NCBI GenBank assembly: GCA_040217195.1
Contig: JAVJNR010000006.1
Span: 128,001 to 192,000 of the forward strand
DNA from: Leptospiraceae bacterium
GTDB taxonomy: Bacteria; Spirochaetota; Leptospiria; Leptospirales; Leptonemataceae
Length of the DNA: 64,000 nucleotides
Reading direction: 5' to 3'
Of the stretch, positions 39,947-50,712 are shown one piece after another. The position numbers and the translations under genes are program-made. Within the stretch, counting starts at the first letter, position 1, and every line of letters begins with the position of its first letter. Under the pieces are notes generated by a model. The model was given only the letters and a program-made list of their open reading frames with translations, was not told the DNA's origin and made no database searches.

Positions 39947-41287
39947 ATGTCTTCTACTTCTTCCAATGATCCGCTACCTGGGGTTGAGCCGCTGCAGCCA
40001 AGTTTACAGGAGGCCACTCGGTCCGGCCTTCTTCTGATCAATATTTCCGGATTGGATCGTCCGGGCATTACTAGAGCTATTACGGAGATTCTGGCTCATT
40101 ATAACGTTCAAATCCTGGACATGGGGCAGTCGGTAATTCATGAAACCCTATCTCTTGGTATTCTAATCCGCATTCCTCCTGAGCAGCAGGGAGCACCGGT
40201 GCTCAAGGATTTGCTCTTTAGAGCCCATGACTTTGGCATACCAATAAATTTTACTCCGGTGGATCAGCAGTCCTATGATCGATGGGTAGGTCATGGAGGT
40301 TTGCCCAGATACATTGTGACATTGCTTGGTCGAGATCTGCGTGCCAGCCATGTACATCAAGTAACTCGAATCATTGCCGAGCAAGGATTGAACATAAACT
40401 CTATCCGCCGTCTATCCAGACGAATACCCGGACCTGAACTGGCAGACCTGGATCGCTCCCTGGAGCCGGAAAAGCCGGTGGAGGGAAGCAAGAGACGACC
40501 TCCAGTATGTCTGGAGTTTCAGGTAAGTGGAAACGATGTAAACTTTGGCCGACTCAAAGAGACTCTGCTTATGGCTACTTCGGATCTGGGAGTGGACATT
40601 GCATTCCAGAAGGATGATCTATACCGACGAAATCGCCGTTTGATTGCATTCGATATGGACTCCACACTAATTCAGGCAGAGGTCATCGATGAGCTGGCAA
40701 AGGAAGCCGGTGTCGGTGAAGAGGTGGCCCGGATTACGGAAAGCGCCATGCGAGGCGAAATCGATTTCAACGAAAGCTTCAAGCGAAGGGTAGGACTTCT
40801 TAAAGGAATGTCCACCGAGTTTCTTGAGGGCATTTATGAAAGACTTCCGGTCACAGAGGGCGCTCCTCATTTGATCAAAGTACTAAAATCTATGGGATAT
40901 ACTACAGTGATTCTGTCTGGAGGATTTACTTTCTTCGCAGAGCGATTGCGTCAAAAACTTGGAATGGATTATATCTTTGCCAATGAGCTGGTAATCAAGG
41001 ATGGTATTGTTACAGGAGAGGTTCAGGAGCCCATCGTCAATGGGGCACGAAAAGCTGAACTACTGGCCGGAATTGCTGAAAAGAAGGGAGTGCGAAAGGA
41101 GCAGGTAATCGCAGTTGGCGATGGAGCCAACGATCTACCCATGCTGGGAATGGCCGGCCTTGGAATCGCCTTTCGTGCAAAGCCCGTAGTGCGCAAAGAG
41201 GCAGATCAATCTATCAGTAATCTGGGACTGGATGCCATCCTGTACTTACTTGGTTACAGACATGAAGATTTCCCCAATGAACTTTAG
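39947..41287 (+). CDS. serB: Phosphoserine phosphatase with two ACT domains
   Basis: GLDRPGI ACT motif, FDMDSTLI HAD motif I, SGGF, GDGAND. Confidence 0.95.
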   Translation: MSSTSSNDPLPGVEPLQPSLQEATRSGLLLINISGLDRPGITRAITEILAHYNVQILDMGQSVIHETLSLGILIRIPPEQQGAPVLKDLLFRAHDFGIPINFTPVDQQSYDRWVGHGGLPRYIVTLLGRDLRASHVHQVTRIIAEQGLNINSIRRLSRRIPGPELADLDRSLEPEKPVEGSKRRPPVCLEFQVSGNDVNFGRLKETLLMATSDLGVDIAFQKDDLYRRNRRLIAFDMDSTLIQAEVIDELAKEAGVGEEVARITESAMRGEIDFNESFKRRVGLLKGMSTEFLEGIYERLPVTEGAPHLIKVLKSMGYTTVILSGGFTFFAERLRQKLGMDYIFANELVIKDGIVTGEVQEPIVNGARKAELLAGIAEKKGVRKEQVIAVGDGANDLPMLGMAGLGIAFRAKPVVRKEADQSISNLGLDAILYLLGYRHEDFPNEL

Positions 41288-41380
41288 CCTGGATGGATCC
41301 TCGGTATTCGGGTCCAGGAGTCCCACTGGAAAATGTCAGGAAATGAATAAGGCCGGCATATTAAGATTTTCTCCAATCAT

Positions 41381-41776
41381 CTAGCTTCTCTCGTTTAAGA
41401 GTTCCAGAATTATGGAGCGAATCTTTTGCAATCGAACCTGGCCTTCCAGAGTATCATAGAAATCCGTGGAAGCACGGGCCAGGGCTTTGAGCAGTGGTTC
41501 AATTTGACTTTCATCATCTCCGCCCCATCTGTTACGGATGAGCAGGCCCGCCATATCTCCTTCTACCAGAAGAATTAGATCATCCAGGGTATGACTCTCC
41601 GGCGGAAAGTTCGTAGGCTGGGCCCTCCCTAGATTCACAAGGAATTGTGCTATACGCCCGGGTGGAATGTCTCGGATCAGATTTCTAACTATTTTTTGGA
41701 TGTCCAGTTGGACGATCCGGATAGAGACAGCTGTTTCATCCGCAGCAGGTTGTAATTTATATCTCTCCTTTCTCAT
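41381..41776 (-). CDS. Hypothetical protein
   Basis: 131 aa ORF filling the gap, no motif recognised. Confidence 0.55.
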   Translation of the reverse strand: MRKERYKLQPAADETAVSIRIVQLDIQKIVRNLIRDIPPGRIAQFLVNLGRAQPTNFPPESHTLDDLILLVEGDMAGLLIRNRWGGDDESQIEPLLKALARASTDFYDTLEGQVRLQKIRSIILELLNERS

Positions 41777-41860
41777 CTTGCGATTTTAGACGGTAGCTGT
41801 GACAGAAAAGTTTTAGCATCATCATTCGGGCCTGGATTTGCCCGGTGGGACCTGATACCG

Positions 41861-43387
41861 GTGGGATCTGAAAATAGTAAGAAGGATTTGATTTCACCCA
41901 ATGATGGAAAAATGGCCGATCGGAGGGGCTATCCTTGCTTAATTGTCCCTGTGAGCGAGAAACCCTACCCGGATTCCGAATCTGAACCGGAAAAAGCCGG
42001 AGTCGAATCTAAACCGAAAACAGAATCATTGAACAAGAAATCTACTGAAGGACCCAGATCAGGAATGGCCAGAAGTAGCTCTCTGGGAAGCCTGGTGGGT
42101 GGCCTGGGAGCTTCCCTGGTGGGAGCGTTCTTACGAAAACCCTTTCAGAATGAACAGAAGCGAGCTGGCTTTCTCGAGGAAATGTGGCTCAAGGAAGCCC
42201 GGCGGATGGTGGGAAAGCTTGGAGAATTGAAAGGGGCTGCGATGAAGCTGGGGCAGATGCTCAGTCTGCATGAGCATATTCTGCCACCGGAAGCTGCCCG
42301 AATTCTGAGTCAGCTACAGAAGGCCGCGCCACCCATAGGATTTGATACTATTAATCAGGTCTTAGAAGATGAATTGGGCGAAAACCTGGCTCTTGTTGAA
42401 TTCATTGACCCGGAGCCTTTCGCATCCGCCAGCATAGGTCAGGTGCACCGAGGAAAACTAAGAGATGGAAGCGAGGTAGTATTCAAGGTTCAGTATCCGG
42501 GTGTGGATCGTGCAGTCCGGCAGGACATTAAGCAGCTTCGCTGGATGGCCGGTCCTATGGTGAACTTCATGACCGGTGGATCTGCCGGCCCGATTTTCGA
42601 TGAACTGGAAGAAGTAATGCTCCAGGAGCTGGACTATATTCAGGAGTTACAGAATCTCGAAGAAATGCAGGATCTACTGACCAATGATCCGCATAGAATC
42701 GTTCCCCGTGGTTTTTCTGAATTGAGCTCCCGCAGAGTGCTGACCATGGAATTGGCTGATGGTATGAGTTTTGATCAAGTGCTGCAATCCGATGTAGATC
42801 AAAGTCTGCGAGATCAGTGGGCCCAGGCTTTTGCACGAACATTCGCGCAAGGTGTCTTTTCTCACAGATTCCTGCATGCAGATCCGAACGCCGGGAATTT
42901 CGCATTTCGCAGGGATGGAAGCCTGGTACTGTTCGATTTTGGCTGTATGAAGCGAGTACCGTTTCGTATCTCTCGTGGATATGGCGATCTACTAAGGGCT
43001 GTCTTTTCCGAGGAAGATGAACAGATTCCTGAGATTCTACAAAGGGTAGGTATTCATCGTGCGGATGGAAGGCCTCTGGAGGTATCCCTTTTAAAACCCC
43101 ATGCAGATATCATTCGTCAGGTGTTTGGCCAGGATGGATACACATTCGGCGAGGATCGGGTTCTGTACGACAGGATTCTTGATCTGAGCAGGCAGCAATG
43201 GTTCGATTCTCTGGGCATTAAATTTCCAAGGGAAATTCTATTTATTCATCGCACACTTGTGGGCTATTTTGGCAACTTCAGCCGATTAAAAGCCACCGGG
43301 CCCTGGCGAACGATTCTATTGGAAGCCCTGGAGGATGCTGACCTGGCCGATGGGATTGAAAGGGAGTCTGTCACTGCCTTGAAATAA
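41861..43387 (+). CDS. ABC1/UbiB-family atypical kinase
   Basis: MKLGQ, FASASIGQVH, KVQYPG, ELDY..E, HADPNAGN, DFG. The true start is probably downstream. Confidence 0.9.
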   Translation: MGSENSKKDLISPNDGKMADRRGYPCLIVPVSEKPYPDSESEPEKAGVESKPKTESLNKKSTEGPRSGMARSSSLGSLVGGLGASLVGAFLRKPFQNEQKRAGFLEEMWLKEARRMVGKLGELKGAAMKLGQMLSLHEHILPPEAARILSQLQKAAPPIGFDTINQVLEDELGENLALVEFIDPEPFASASIGQVHRGKLRDGSEVVFKVQYPGVDRAVRQDIKQLRWMAGPMVNFMTGGSAGPIFDELEEVMLQELDYIQELQNLEEMQDLLTNDPHRIVPRGFSELSSRRVLTMELADGMSFDQVLQSDVDQSLRDQWAQAFARTFAQGVFSHRFLHADPNAGNFAFRRDGSLVLFDFGCMKRVPFRISRGYGDLLRAVFSEEDEQIPEILQRVGIHRADGRPLEVSLLKPHADIIRQVFGQDGYTFGEDRVLYDRILDLSRQQWFDSLGIKFPREILFIHRTLVGYFGNFSRLKATGPWRTILLEALEDADLADGIERESVTALK

Positions 43388-43410
43388 AAGAAAAGGGGCC
43401 TTTCGGCCCC
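43386..43410 (-). terminator. Intrinsic terminator after dps
   Basis: Minus strand GGGGCC-GAAA-GGCCCC-TTTTCTTTT. Confidence 0.85.
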
Positions 43411-43478
43411 AGCACCCTTTCAGATCTCTCGCCCTGTTTTTCTTTTTTCAGGCAATTTCAATTATTTGTTATTGTTTA

Positions 43479-43955
43479 TCAGGCCAGTAAGCTGCGCAAC
43501 ATCCAGGCAGTCTTTTCATGTATATGAAGACGCTGGGTCAGTAAATCCACAGTGGCCTCGTCGTTTCCATTTTCCGCTGCAGGGAAGGCCTCACGCAATG
43601 TCCGAATCGTGCTTTCCTGTGCTTCCACCAGGTTGGCCAGCATATCTTTTGCCGGTGGAACTTCGCTGTCTTCTTTTATGCTGGTCAGCGCTGCAAAGTC
43701 CTTGTAGCTTCCTGGTGCGTAATGGCCCAGAGCTCGAATTCGTTCCGCGATTTCGTCTACCGAGGTCCAGAGTTCATTGTACTGATCCATGAACATGCGA
43801 TGCAGAGTATCGAACATTGGCCCGGTTACATTCCAGTGATAATTATGAGTCTTTAGATAGAGTGTATAGGTGTCTGCCAGAACCTTCTTCAGTCCCTCCA
43901 CAATCCGGGCTCGATCGGCTTCCGGTATGCCAGTATTCATTGCAGTTACATTCAT
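43479..43955 (-). CDS. dps: Dps DNA-protecting ferritin-like protein
   Basis: [36 protein letters not shown] before ATG 43955. Confidence 0.95.
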   Translation of the reverse strand: MNVTAMNTGIPEADRARIVEGLKKVLADTYTLYLKTHNYHWNVTGPMFDTLHRMFMDQYNELWTSVDEIAERIRALGHYAPGSYKDFAALTSIKEDSEVPPAKDMLANLVEAQESTIRTLREAFPAAENGNDEATVDLLTQRLHIHEKTAWMLRSLLA

Positions 43956-44006
43956 CGAAGTTCTCCTTTGCCGCAAAGCGTCTTAATGGGTTTTAGTAAT
44001 TCTAGA

Positions 44007-44023
44007 TTTAGAATAATTCTAAA
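44007..44023. promoter_or_regulatory. Fur-family (PerR/Irr-type) operator upstream of dps
   Basis: Perfect palindrome TTTAGAAT-A-ATTCTAAA about 50 nt upstream of dps. Confidence 0.7.
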
Positions 44024-44131
44024 CACCTCTGCCGACAACCATTTTTTGTCCTGGCTTGCCCATAGGACGACACTTTTCTCTGGTTCATTTCAGTGACGGA
44101 AAAACCCTAAAACTCTCTGGATCGTTAAGAG

Positions 44132-47101
44132 GTGCAGTGCTGGTCTGCTACCATGCTGGCTTACGGAGAGCAGGAAAGTCTGCCTGTGGAAATTTTGAGG
44201 GATGAAACTACAGGATTTCCCCTGCTGTCTGAGGCGGATGGTATACTTCAGCTAATTCTGGCCTATCTTGAATTACCCTATTCCGTAACCGAACATGGAT
44301 GCGGTAAGAAGGCCAGTTTGATTATTGATTATCTTCTGAAGTTGGGAATTCCGGCCCATGGTCTGGCCCGCGGTATGATCCTGGAAGCGGACATGTCGCC
44401 GGAAGCGATGGTGGAGACTGACTTTCGCAAGCGTCCTCATGCTCTCGTGGCCTCCAATCCGCTCAATTCTCTTTGTGACCTGGATGATCAACGCCTGGTC
44501 TCGCTGCTTATGGAGACTTGCCGTAGAGTGGATGCCGCAGAGGGAATCATTCAAACCGGTCCTTACATTTTACGCCATGATTCGGAAGTTCAGTTTGTGC
44601 AGGCAAGAAGCCACATTTATCCAATTCTATGGTTCTGGGATCCGGATTCCCGGAAAGCCCGGCGGCTGGTGATCGATCCCAGTCTGGACCGAAGTCAATT
44701 GCTACATCCCGGACGGATGCGTGAATTGCTAAATGCCCGCGAGGCTTTGATGTTTCAGGCCCCTCTGCTTGGCTATTTCCGGCTTGAGACTTTTGCACTT
44801 ACAGAAAAGCAGCAATCCTTCCTGAATTCCCGGTTCAGTCAAGGAGCCACCGATCTAAGCGAATCAGAAGTCCACCAGATTGTTGAGAGCCTTTCGCAGG
44901 ATGAGCATGCAAGTCTCATTCGGGAGATGACCGGAGCACAGGAGAGTTCCCTGGGAGATCCGGCTACCTAGACCTATGCGAATAACCTTCAGGGCTGGGA
45001 TCGCTCCCGGGATAGTGAGCAGGACCGAAACACTGGACGTGCCGATGCTATACGAAACCTGCGAAGAAAACTAATTAAATCAAGAGAGGAGCGTCAGGGG
45101 GATGCCCCCGATTTACGAGCCCAGATTCGTGAGACGGTGGACCATGCTGAAGTCCATAGAGTCTGTGCCGAAGATGCTGCCTGGTCGGCCAGGGCCCTGG
45201 CTCCGCTGGCTGATGTGACAATGACGGCTGTTTACTTCAGTTCCCTGCTGAAACTCGATGCTGCTCTGGAGCGACAGTCAAATCTTCCCGAATACATAAT
45301 CGACCCACAGCATTTGCATCAGATGCGTGGTCTGGGTGTGCGACTGAGGCGAAGAGTGGACTGGCTGGCAGACGCCTCAATGAATTCCGACGGGGAGATC
45401 GATGCCCGCGCATTAAGCGAGCCCTATTTTGACGCTGCCTTTGAGACTATTCGTCAGATGAACTCAGCCGGCCTTTTTGTGGCCATCGATTCAGCGGGCA
45501 ACATCCATGGACTGTACTTGCTCGATGAGGAAGCCTATCGGATTCGCAAATCCGGTGAACTGGGAGACCTGCTACGGGAATCCATCCACCATATTTCGCA
45601 CATTGATTCCGTTAAGAATGCTGGACGATTTGATGGTAGGCTTGGTGTTACAGGAGGTATCGAGGTAGCACATATACTCAGGGATCTGGAGAAATTCTGT
45701 CAGCGTAAAGTTCTAGCCCCGGACAGTGAATCTTCTGTTCGAACTCATGTAAGCGCCCTTCTGGGAGAAGAGATGACATTTACAGGCGAAGGAGTGTCTA
45801 TGCCCGGAAGCTCGGCGCTGACCGGCCAGGCTTCTGTAGAATCGATCTATAAGATGAAAAACCATGAGGGTCAGCTCTTTAAGGATCGTTTTCTGGTGTT
45901 CCTTCGATGGCTGGCAGCCAGACAGGAATCCGGTCAGGTTGTGCTTCTGAACCAATTTTCTGTGGGCGGAAGCGATGAGGAGTTATTAGAATCCTGCTTT
46001 AAGCCCGGAGGGTTTTTCACCAGGCATACTTTCGAGCGTCACATCGAACAGGGCCCTATACTGGACAGGCATTCCGTGCCTATGACTCTAGTTTCCGGGA
46101 TCATGGGGATTCATCAGGAGGATTTTCATTTCCGGGGAGAGAATGCTGAGGCCGCCGCTCTGGACTTTAATAGAAGGTTACGGGAACTGAATCTCCAGAG
46201 TGAATTTACGGAAGCGCGTATTACCGTAGGAATTACCAGAGGAGAGTCGGACTATATATGTCATGAAGATACCCTGGCCATGCGATGGACTCTGGACGGG
46301 GAGCTCAATCATGCCGGTGCCACCGATGTTTATGACAGGAAGGATCCGGGGGTCGCATTAGCCAGATTGGCTCAGGAATTCTACCGACTTGTAGATCGGA
46401 GAAAAGCGAAACAGGATTCCTTGAAACCCCTGGCAGGTAATGTTCGTTTCAATCCAGGAATTAATCGAAATGTTATTCCCGGTTCCGCAAGCATAACTCT
46501 AGCCGTGCGGGGAAGTCTTTCTCGGGATGATGCAGATAGCCTGGCGCAGGAGCTTCAGGGTTTTACAATAGGAACACTGGCCAAGCGAGTCTCTGCTGGA
46601 GGGGAAGGTATAAGGCTTTCGCGTATGGAATCCATGAGTTATATCAATGTGCACGATGGGGCCATGGTCTCGATTGATCTACGAACTGCCACGGAAGAAC
46701 TGACCAACCGAATTCGCAAAGAAATCGACTCCCTGATTTCTAAGCTTCAGAAGGAATTTTCTGTCCGGGCGCAATCGTTGGTCCAGCAGCAGGTTAAGCC
46801 TTTTCGCCTAAAAAAATCGGGACAGGTATTGCTTATGGAAAGAAGTTATGGAGGCAGCCATAATCCTAACGAAGCCGAATTGCAAACAGATCTTACAAGG
46901 GGCACAATTCTTCAATTTCAGGTGGTCTACGAATTACTTCAGAAAAAGAATCTTCCCTCTGGCTTCAATCTTTATAGTTTCACAGAGGAACGGATTCCAG
47001 AAGTATACAGGAAGAATCTCTCGGAGTTCATTTCCGGGGCATTGCACGATACATGTAACATTGCCGCATCTGCAGCGGAGCCCACCCGAACCGGGAATTA
47101 A
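44132..47101 (+). pseudogene. Protein-glutaminase-like / M20 amidohydrolase fusion interrupted by one in-frame TAG (44969-44971)
   Basis: ORFs 44132-44971 and 45137-47101 share a frame and the gap is open (GDPAT*TYANNLQGW...). N part: HGC, SHIYP, VIDPSL. C part: SHIDS, GRFDG, EE, ERHIEQG, NHAG, SHNPNE, SGALHD. Confidence 0.75.
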
Positions 47102-47622
47102 TCCGGGCTGCTGGTTTTTAGTAAATACTCCATGATGTCCCTTAGATGCAGGGAACCGGCCAGCGTACCATCGGGATTCATTACAGGCAGAATCTTAATT
47201 ATTTCTCCATCCATCATCTGATGAATGGCATGCGAAAGCGCATCATCGGGCTGACAGAATCGAATGTGCTTTTTCATGATTTCTCCTGCGGTGTCTGCGG
47301 TAACATGATGCAATATTTCTCTGCCCGAATATCGAGCTAACTCACCACGGTATGGGGCACGCTTCATCGGCGGCTGGCTATGGAGATAAAAATCAGAACG
47401 TCTTGTATGCTTCAAATGTCTGGCCAGGTCTCCCAGACTGATCAGCCCTTGGATGCGATGATCGATATCCTCCACGAGTATGATACGATCTTCAGAGAGG
47501 TTGGTCATCTGTTCCACCAGAGACGGTATTGGCAGGTCCTCAGGAACTACAAGCAGCGGCTCCTGCGATCTCCCGGGACCCAGGAGAAAATCTCTGACAG
47601 TTGGTTTTCCATCAATTGTCAT
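47098..47622 (-). CDS. CBS-pair protein
   Basis: Two CBS motifs (GLISLGDL; LPVM..DGTLAGSL..RDI); overlaps the antiporter gene. Confidence 0.8.
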   Translation of the reverse strand: MTIDGKPTVRDFLLGPGRSQEPLLVVPEDLPIPSLVEQMTNLSEDRIILVEDIDHRIQGLISLGDLARHLKHTRRSDFYLHSQPPMKRAPYRGELARYSGREILHHVTADTAGEIMKKHIRFCQPDDALSHAIHQMMDGEIIKILPVMNPDGTLAGSLHLRDIMEYLLKTSSPD

Positions 47623-48856
47623 TTTCCGTAACCTTTGCTGTATTGGATAGATCCGCTCGCACCGAATGGGCTTCCCCGGAAAGAATCAATGCTTTGCGAG
47701 TGAAGATCGGACCTACAAGCTCATTTACTGTAGTAGTAGCAATAACTACGCTCAAGAGAATTTCGCTAATGGACTCTGGAAAATCTGCGCGAGCATGGGC
47801 CTGAAGAGCCAGGCCTAGCGCCACACCGGCCTGGGGCATAAGAGCCATGCCTGTGTATTTTCGAATTGCCGGAGAGGCGTTGGAAATTCGACCAGCTAAA
47901 TAAGTCCCGGAAATCTTTCCTGAAATTCGTGCCACAAAGTATACCGCCGCAAGTACCCATGCTGTACCAAGGATGTCCCACTTTATATGAATACCAGATA
48001 GGATAAAAAAGAGGGTAAAGATGATGCTTTCAAAGGAGTCCGATAGGATTGAATACAGCGAATCAAAATGTTTGTAGGTATTAACCAGCATCATACCGAG
48101 CACCATGCAGGCCAGCAGTCCTCCCGACTCCATATAGGTGGCCGCGCCGGAACAAATTAAGATCATGGTAAAGGCAGGAAGTAACATGCTTTTTCGATTC
48201 TGGATTCGCTTGAGTATCAACTGAAGTAGTAGAGCACAACCCACGCCGATCAATACAGAGAGGCCTACTTCACGGAAAGCAGCCCAGACAGATGTAGCCA
48301 GGGAAGATTCATTTCCAAGAAGCATTCCGGCACCCGCTGTTGCTACTGCAAATGTAATGAGTGCAAGACCGTCATCGGCTGCGACGACGGACAGAATAAC
48401 TGTTGTAAGAGGGCCGCGGGCACGTTGCTCATGTACTACAGATAGCGTGGCGGCCGGGGCTGTTGCGCCTGCAATGGTTCCAAGCACCAACCCCAGGGCC
48501 AGAGAAATCTCTAATCCGAGACCCATTTGCCAGGCCACCAGGAAGCTTGCAAGGGACACCAGGAGGACAGCACTGTAGAATTCCCAGAACAGAACTGTTA
48601 TTACCAGTTTACCAAGCTTTCGCAGCCTGCTCCATTGAAGGCTCCCTCCAATTAGAAATCCAATAATGGCCAGCGCTAGATCTACAACTACGGCACTTTG
48701 CTCCAGGAATCCATCCGGTAGTATTCCCAGAGCACCAATGAGAGCGCCGGTTAGAATAAACAGACTTACCCCTGGCAGGCCCAGGCGTTCGGCCAGAAAT
48801 TCGCTTCCAAATCCGGCCAGAAGCAGGATTCCTACCCACAATAGCGGAGTTTCCAT
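47612..48856 (-). CDS. Cation:proton antiporter
   Basis: ATAPAAT, VAADD, FFILSG, PQAGVALG, NELVGP; about 12 TM. Confidence 0.85.
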   Translation of the reverse strand: METPLLWVGILLLAGFGSEFLAERLGLPGVSLFILTGALIGALGILPDGFLEQSAVVVDLALAIIGFLIGGSLQWSRLRKLGKLVITVLFWEFYSAVLLVSLASFLVAWQMGLGLEISLALGLVLGTIAGATAPAATLSVVHEQRARGPLTTVILSVVAADDGLALITFAVATAGAGMLLGNESSLATSVWAAFREVGLSVLIGVGCALLLQLILKRIQNRKSMLLPAFTMILICSGAATYMESGGLLACMVLGMMLVNTYKHFDSLYSILSDSFESIIFTLFFILSGIHIKWDILGTAWVLAAVYFVARISGKISGTYLAGRISNASPAIRKYTGMALMPQAGVALGLALQAHARADFPESISEILLSVVIATTTVNELVGPIFTRKALILSGEAHSVRADLSNTAKVTENDN

Positions 48857-48919
48857 CAGTTGTACAGCTGCTCCCGCCTTACGGTAGATTCGATAAATTC
48901 ATAATACGAGCTCAAATTC

Positions 48920-50335
48920 ATGTCCGACCTAAAATATACACGCATTATCGCAACCCTTGGACCTGCCAGTCAAGAAGAGCAGCAAATTAGAGATTTGATA
49001 CGCGCTGGAGCCGATTGCTTTCGATTGAACTTTTCCCATGGGGACGGTCCATCCATGGAGCCCTATCTGCAAAAGATACGCAAAGTGAGTAAAGAGGAGG
49101 GAAAACATATTCCGGTTCTCGCAGATATTCAGGGCCCCAAGTTAAGAGTGGGTCAGATGGCTGAAGGAGTGGAACTAAGGGATGGGTCAATGTTTACGAT
49201 TACGAATCGAAATGTTGAAGGAAGCGAAAAGGAAGTGCATTCGCCATACGATAAACTTTCGCAGGATTTGAAACCAGGACATAGAGTACTTCTGGCAGAT
49301 GGAAGCATAGAGCTCACCGTTGAAGCCATCGAAAAACAGGATGTGCTCTGTCGTGTAGTGCACGGTGGCGCGTTGTCTTCAAATAAAGGAATGAATTTGC
49401 CGGATACGGAAGTCAGCGCCAGCACACTTACAGATAAAGATCGCACCGATCTAAATTTTGTTGGCAAATCTGATATTGATCTGGTGGCCATTTCTTTTGT
49501 TCGTCGTCCTGAAGATATCCAGGATGCCCGAAAAGCTCTTGGCGGATCCAGGATACCTGTGCTTGCAAAACTGGAGCGTCCAGAAGCACTAAATCAACTT
49601 AACGAAATCCTGGAAGAAGCGGATGGAGTCATGGTGGCACGGGGCGACCTGGGCGTTGAAATTGAATTCGAAAGAGTTCCTTTTGTGCAAAAACAGATCC
49701 TTCAAAGAGCTTCGGTTCGGGGAAAGTGGGCCATAGTGGCTACCGAAATGCTGCGAAGCATGGTTGATCATAGCAGACCAACAAGAGCCGAAGTGACTGA
49801 CGTGGCCAACGCAGTTCTGGATGGCGCCGACTGCGTTATGCTATCCGAAGAAACTGCCATGGGAAAGCATCCATCCATAGCCATTCAGGCGATGATGCGA
49901 ATCTTAAAGGCCGCTGACTCAGCGGATGCAGTTGATCGAGAAAGATTTGAAGCAGACATTATAAGTTTTGCTGCAGGAGCCGCGGGCGCCGCCGTCAGTG
50001 CGGCTGAAAGACTGGGTGCTCGAGCCATTGTAGTTCTGGCCGGATCTAACGTTACCGCACTGCTTCTTTCCAAGTGGAGGTCCAGAGTGCCCATCCTGGC
50101 ACTATCTGGCGGCGAAAGTACGTTGCGAAGGCTCAATGTACTTCGAGGGGTTATTCCCGTAAAAATTGAAAATCATGCCGGCATGGAAGAGCAAATTCGA
50201 CATGCAGATGCGCGATTGATTGAGGAAAAATGGGCCAGCCCCGGCGATACTATCGTAATAGCAGGAGCTATTCCTCTGGGAGAAGGTAAGGAAACGAATT
50301 CCATACGATTTCACAGGGTTCGTTCTGTTACTTGA
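48920..50335 (+). CDS. pyk: Pyruvate kinase
   Basis: ATLGPAS, RLNFSHG, DIQGPKLR, MVARGDLGVE, PTRAEVTDVANA, MLSEETA. Confidence 0.97.
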   Translation: MSDLKYTRIIATLGPASQEEQQIRDLIRAGADCFRLNFSHGDGPSMEPYLQKIRKVSKEEGKHIPVLADIQGPKLRVGQMAEGVELRDGSMFTITNRNVEGSEKEVHSPYDKLSQDLKPGHRVLLADGSIELTVEAIEKQDVLCRVVHGGALSSNKGMNLPDTEVSASTLTDKDRTDLNFVGKSDIDLVAISFVRRPEDIQDARKALGGSRIPVLAKLERPEALNQLNEILEEADGVMVARGDLGVEIEFERVPFVQKQILQRASVRGKWAIVATEMLRSMVDHSRPTRAEVTDVANAVLDGADCVMLSEETAMGKHPSIAIQAMMRILKAADSADAVDRERFEADIISFAAGAAGAAVSAAERLGARAIVVLAGSNVTALLLSKWRSRVPILALSGGESTLRRLNVLRGVIPVKIENHAGMEEQIRHADARLIEEKWASPGDTIVIAGAIPLGEGKETNSIRFHRVRSVT

Positions 50336-50502
50336 GCTGAACTTGAGTCAGCCGACAGCAAAGCGCTGCTTTCAATAGGCTTCATAGTTGCCCGATGATT
50401 GCATCCTGAATCGGGTTAACCAGGATCTCGTACGGCGGTATTCCAGAGTTTTCAGGGCCGACTCAAAGCGCCGACCCATAACCCTGGCATCCGAGGCCGG
50501 AA

Positions 50503-50712
50503 TCAGTTATTGCTTGCTCGGCCCATGATCATTCCAATGCCACCAACAATAAGTCCACCTACTAGAATCAAAGCAGCGATCCAGGGATTGTCAGTAAGGT
50601 CCATATTTCTATACTGAAGATGAAGATCCCAGATGGAATTGGCCATACTGGCGCCGCCCAGAAAAATACCTACTCCGCCCAGACCGCGGACGATTGATGT
50701 GATGAAGTTCAT
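50503..50712 (-). CDS. Small two-TM membrane protein
   Basis: 69 aa, two Gly-rich hydrophobic helices, AAGGGG upstream. Confidence 0.55.
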   Translation of the reverse strand: MNFITSIVRGLGGVGIFLGGASMANSIWDLHLQYRNMDLTDNPWIAALILVGGLIVGGIGMIMGRASNN

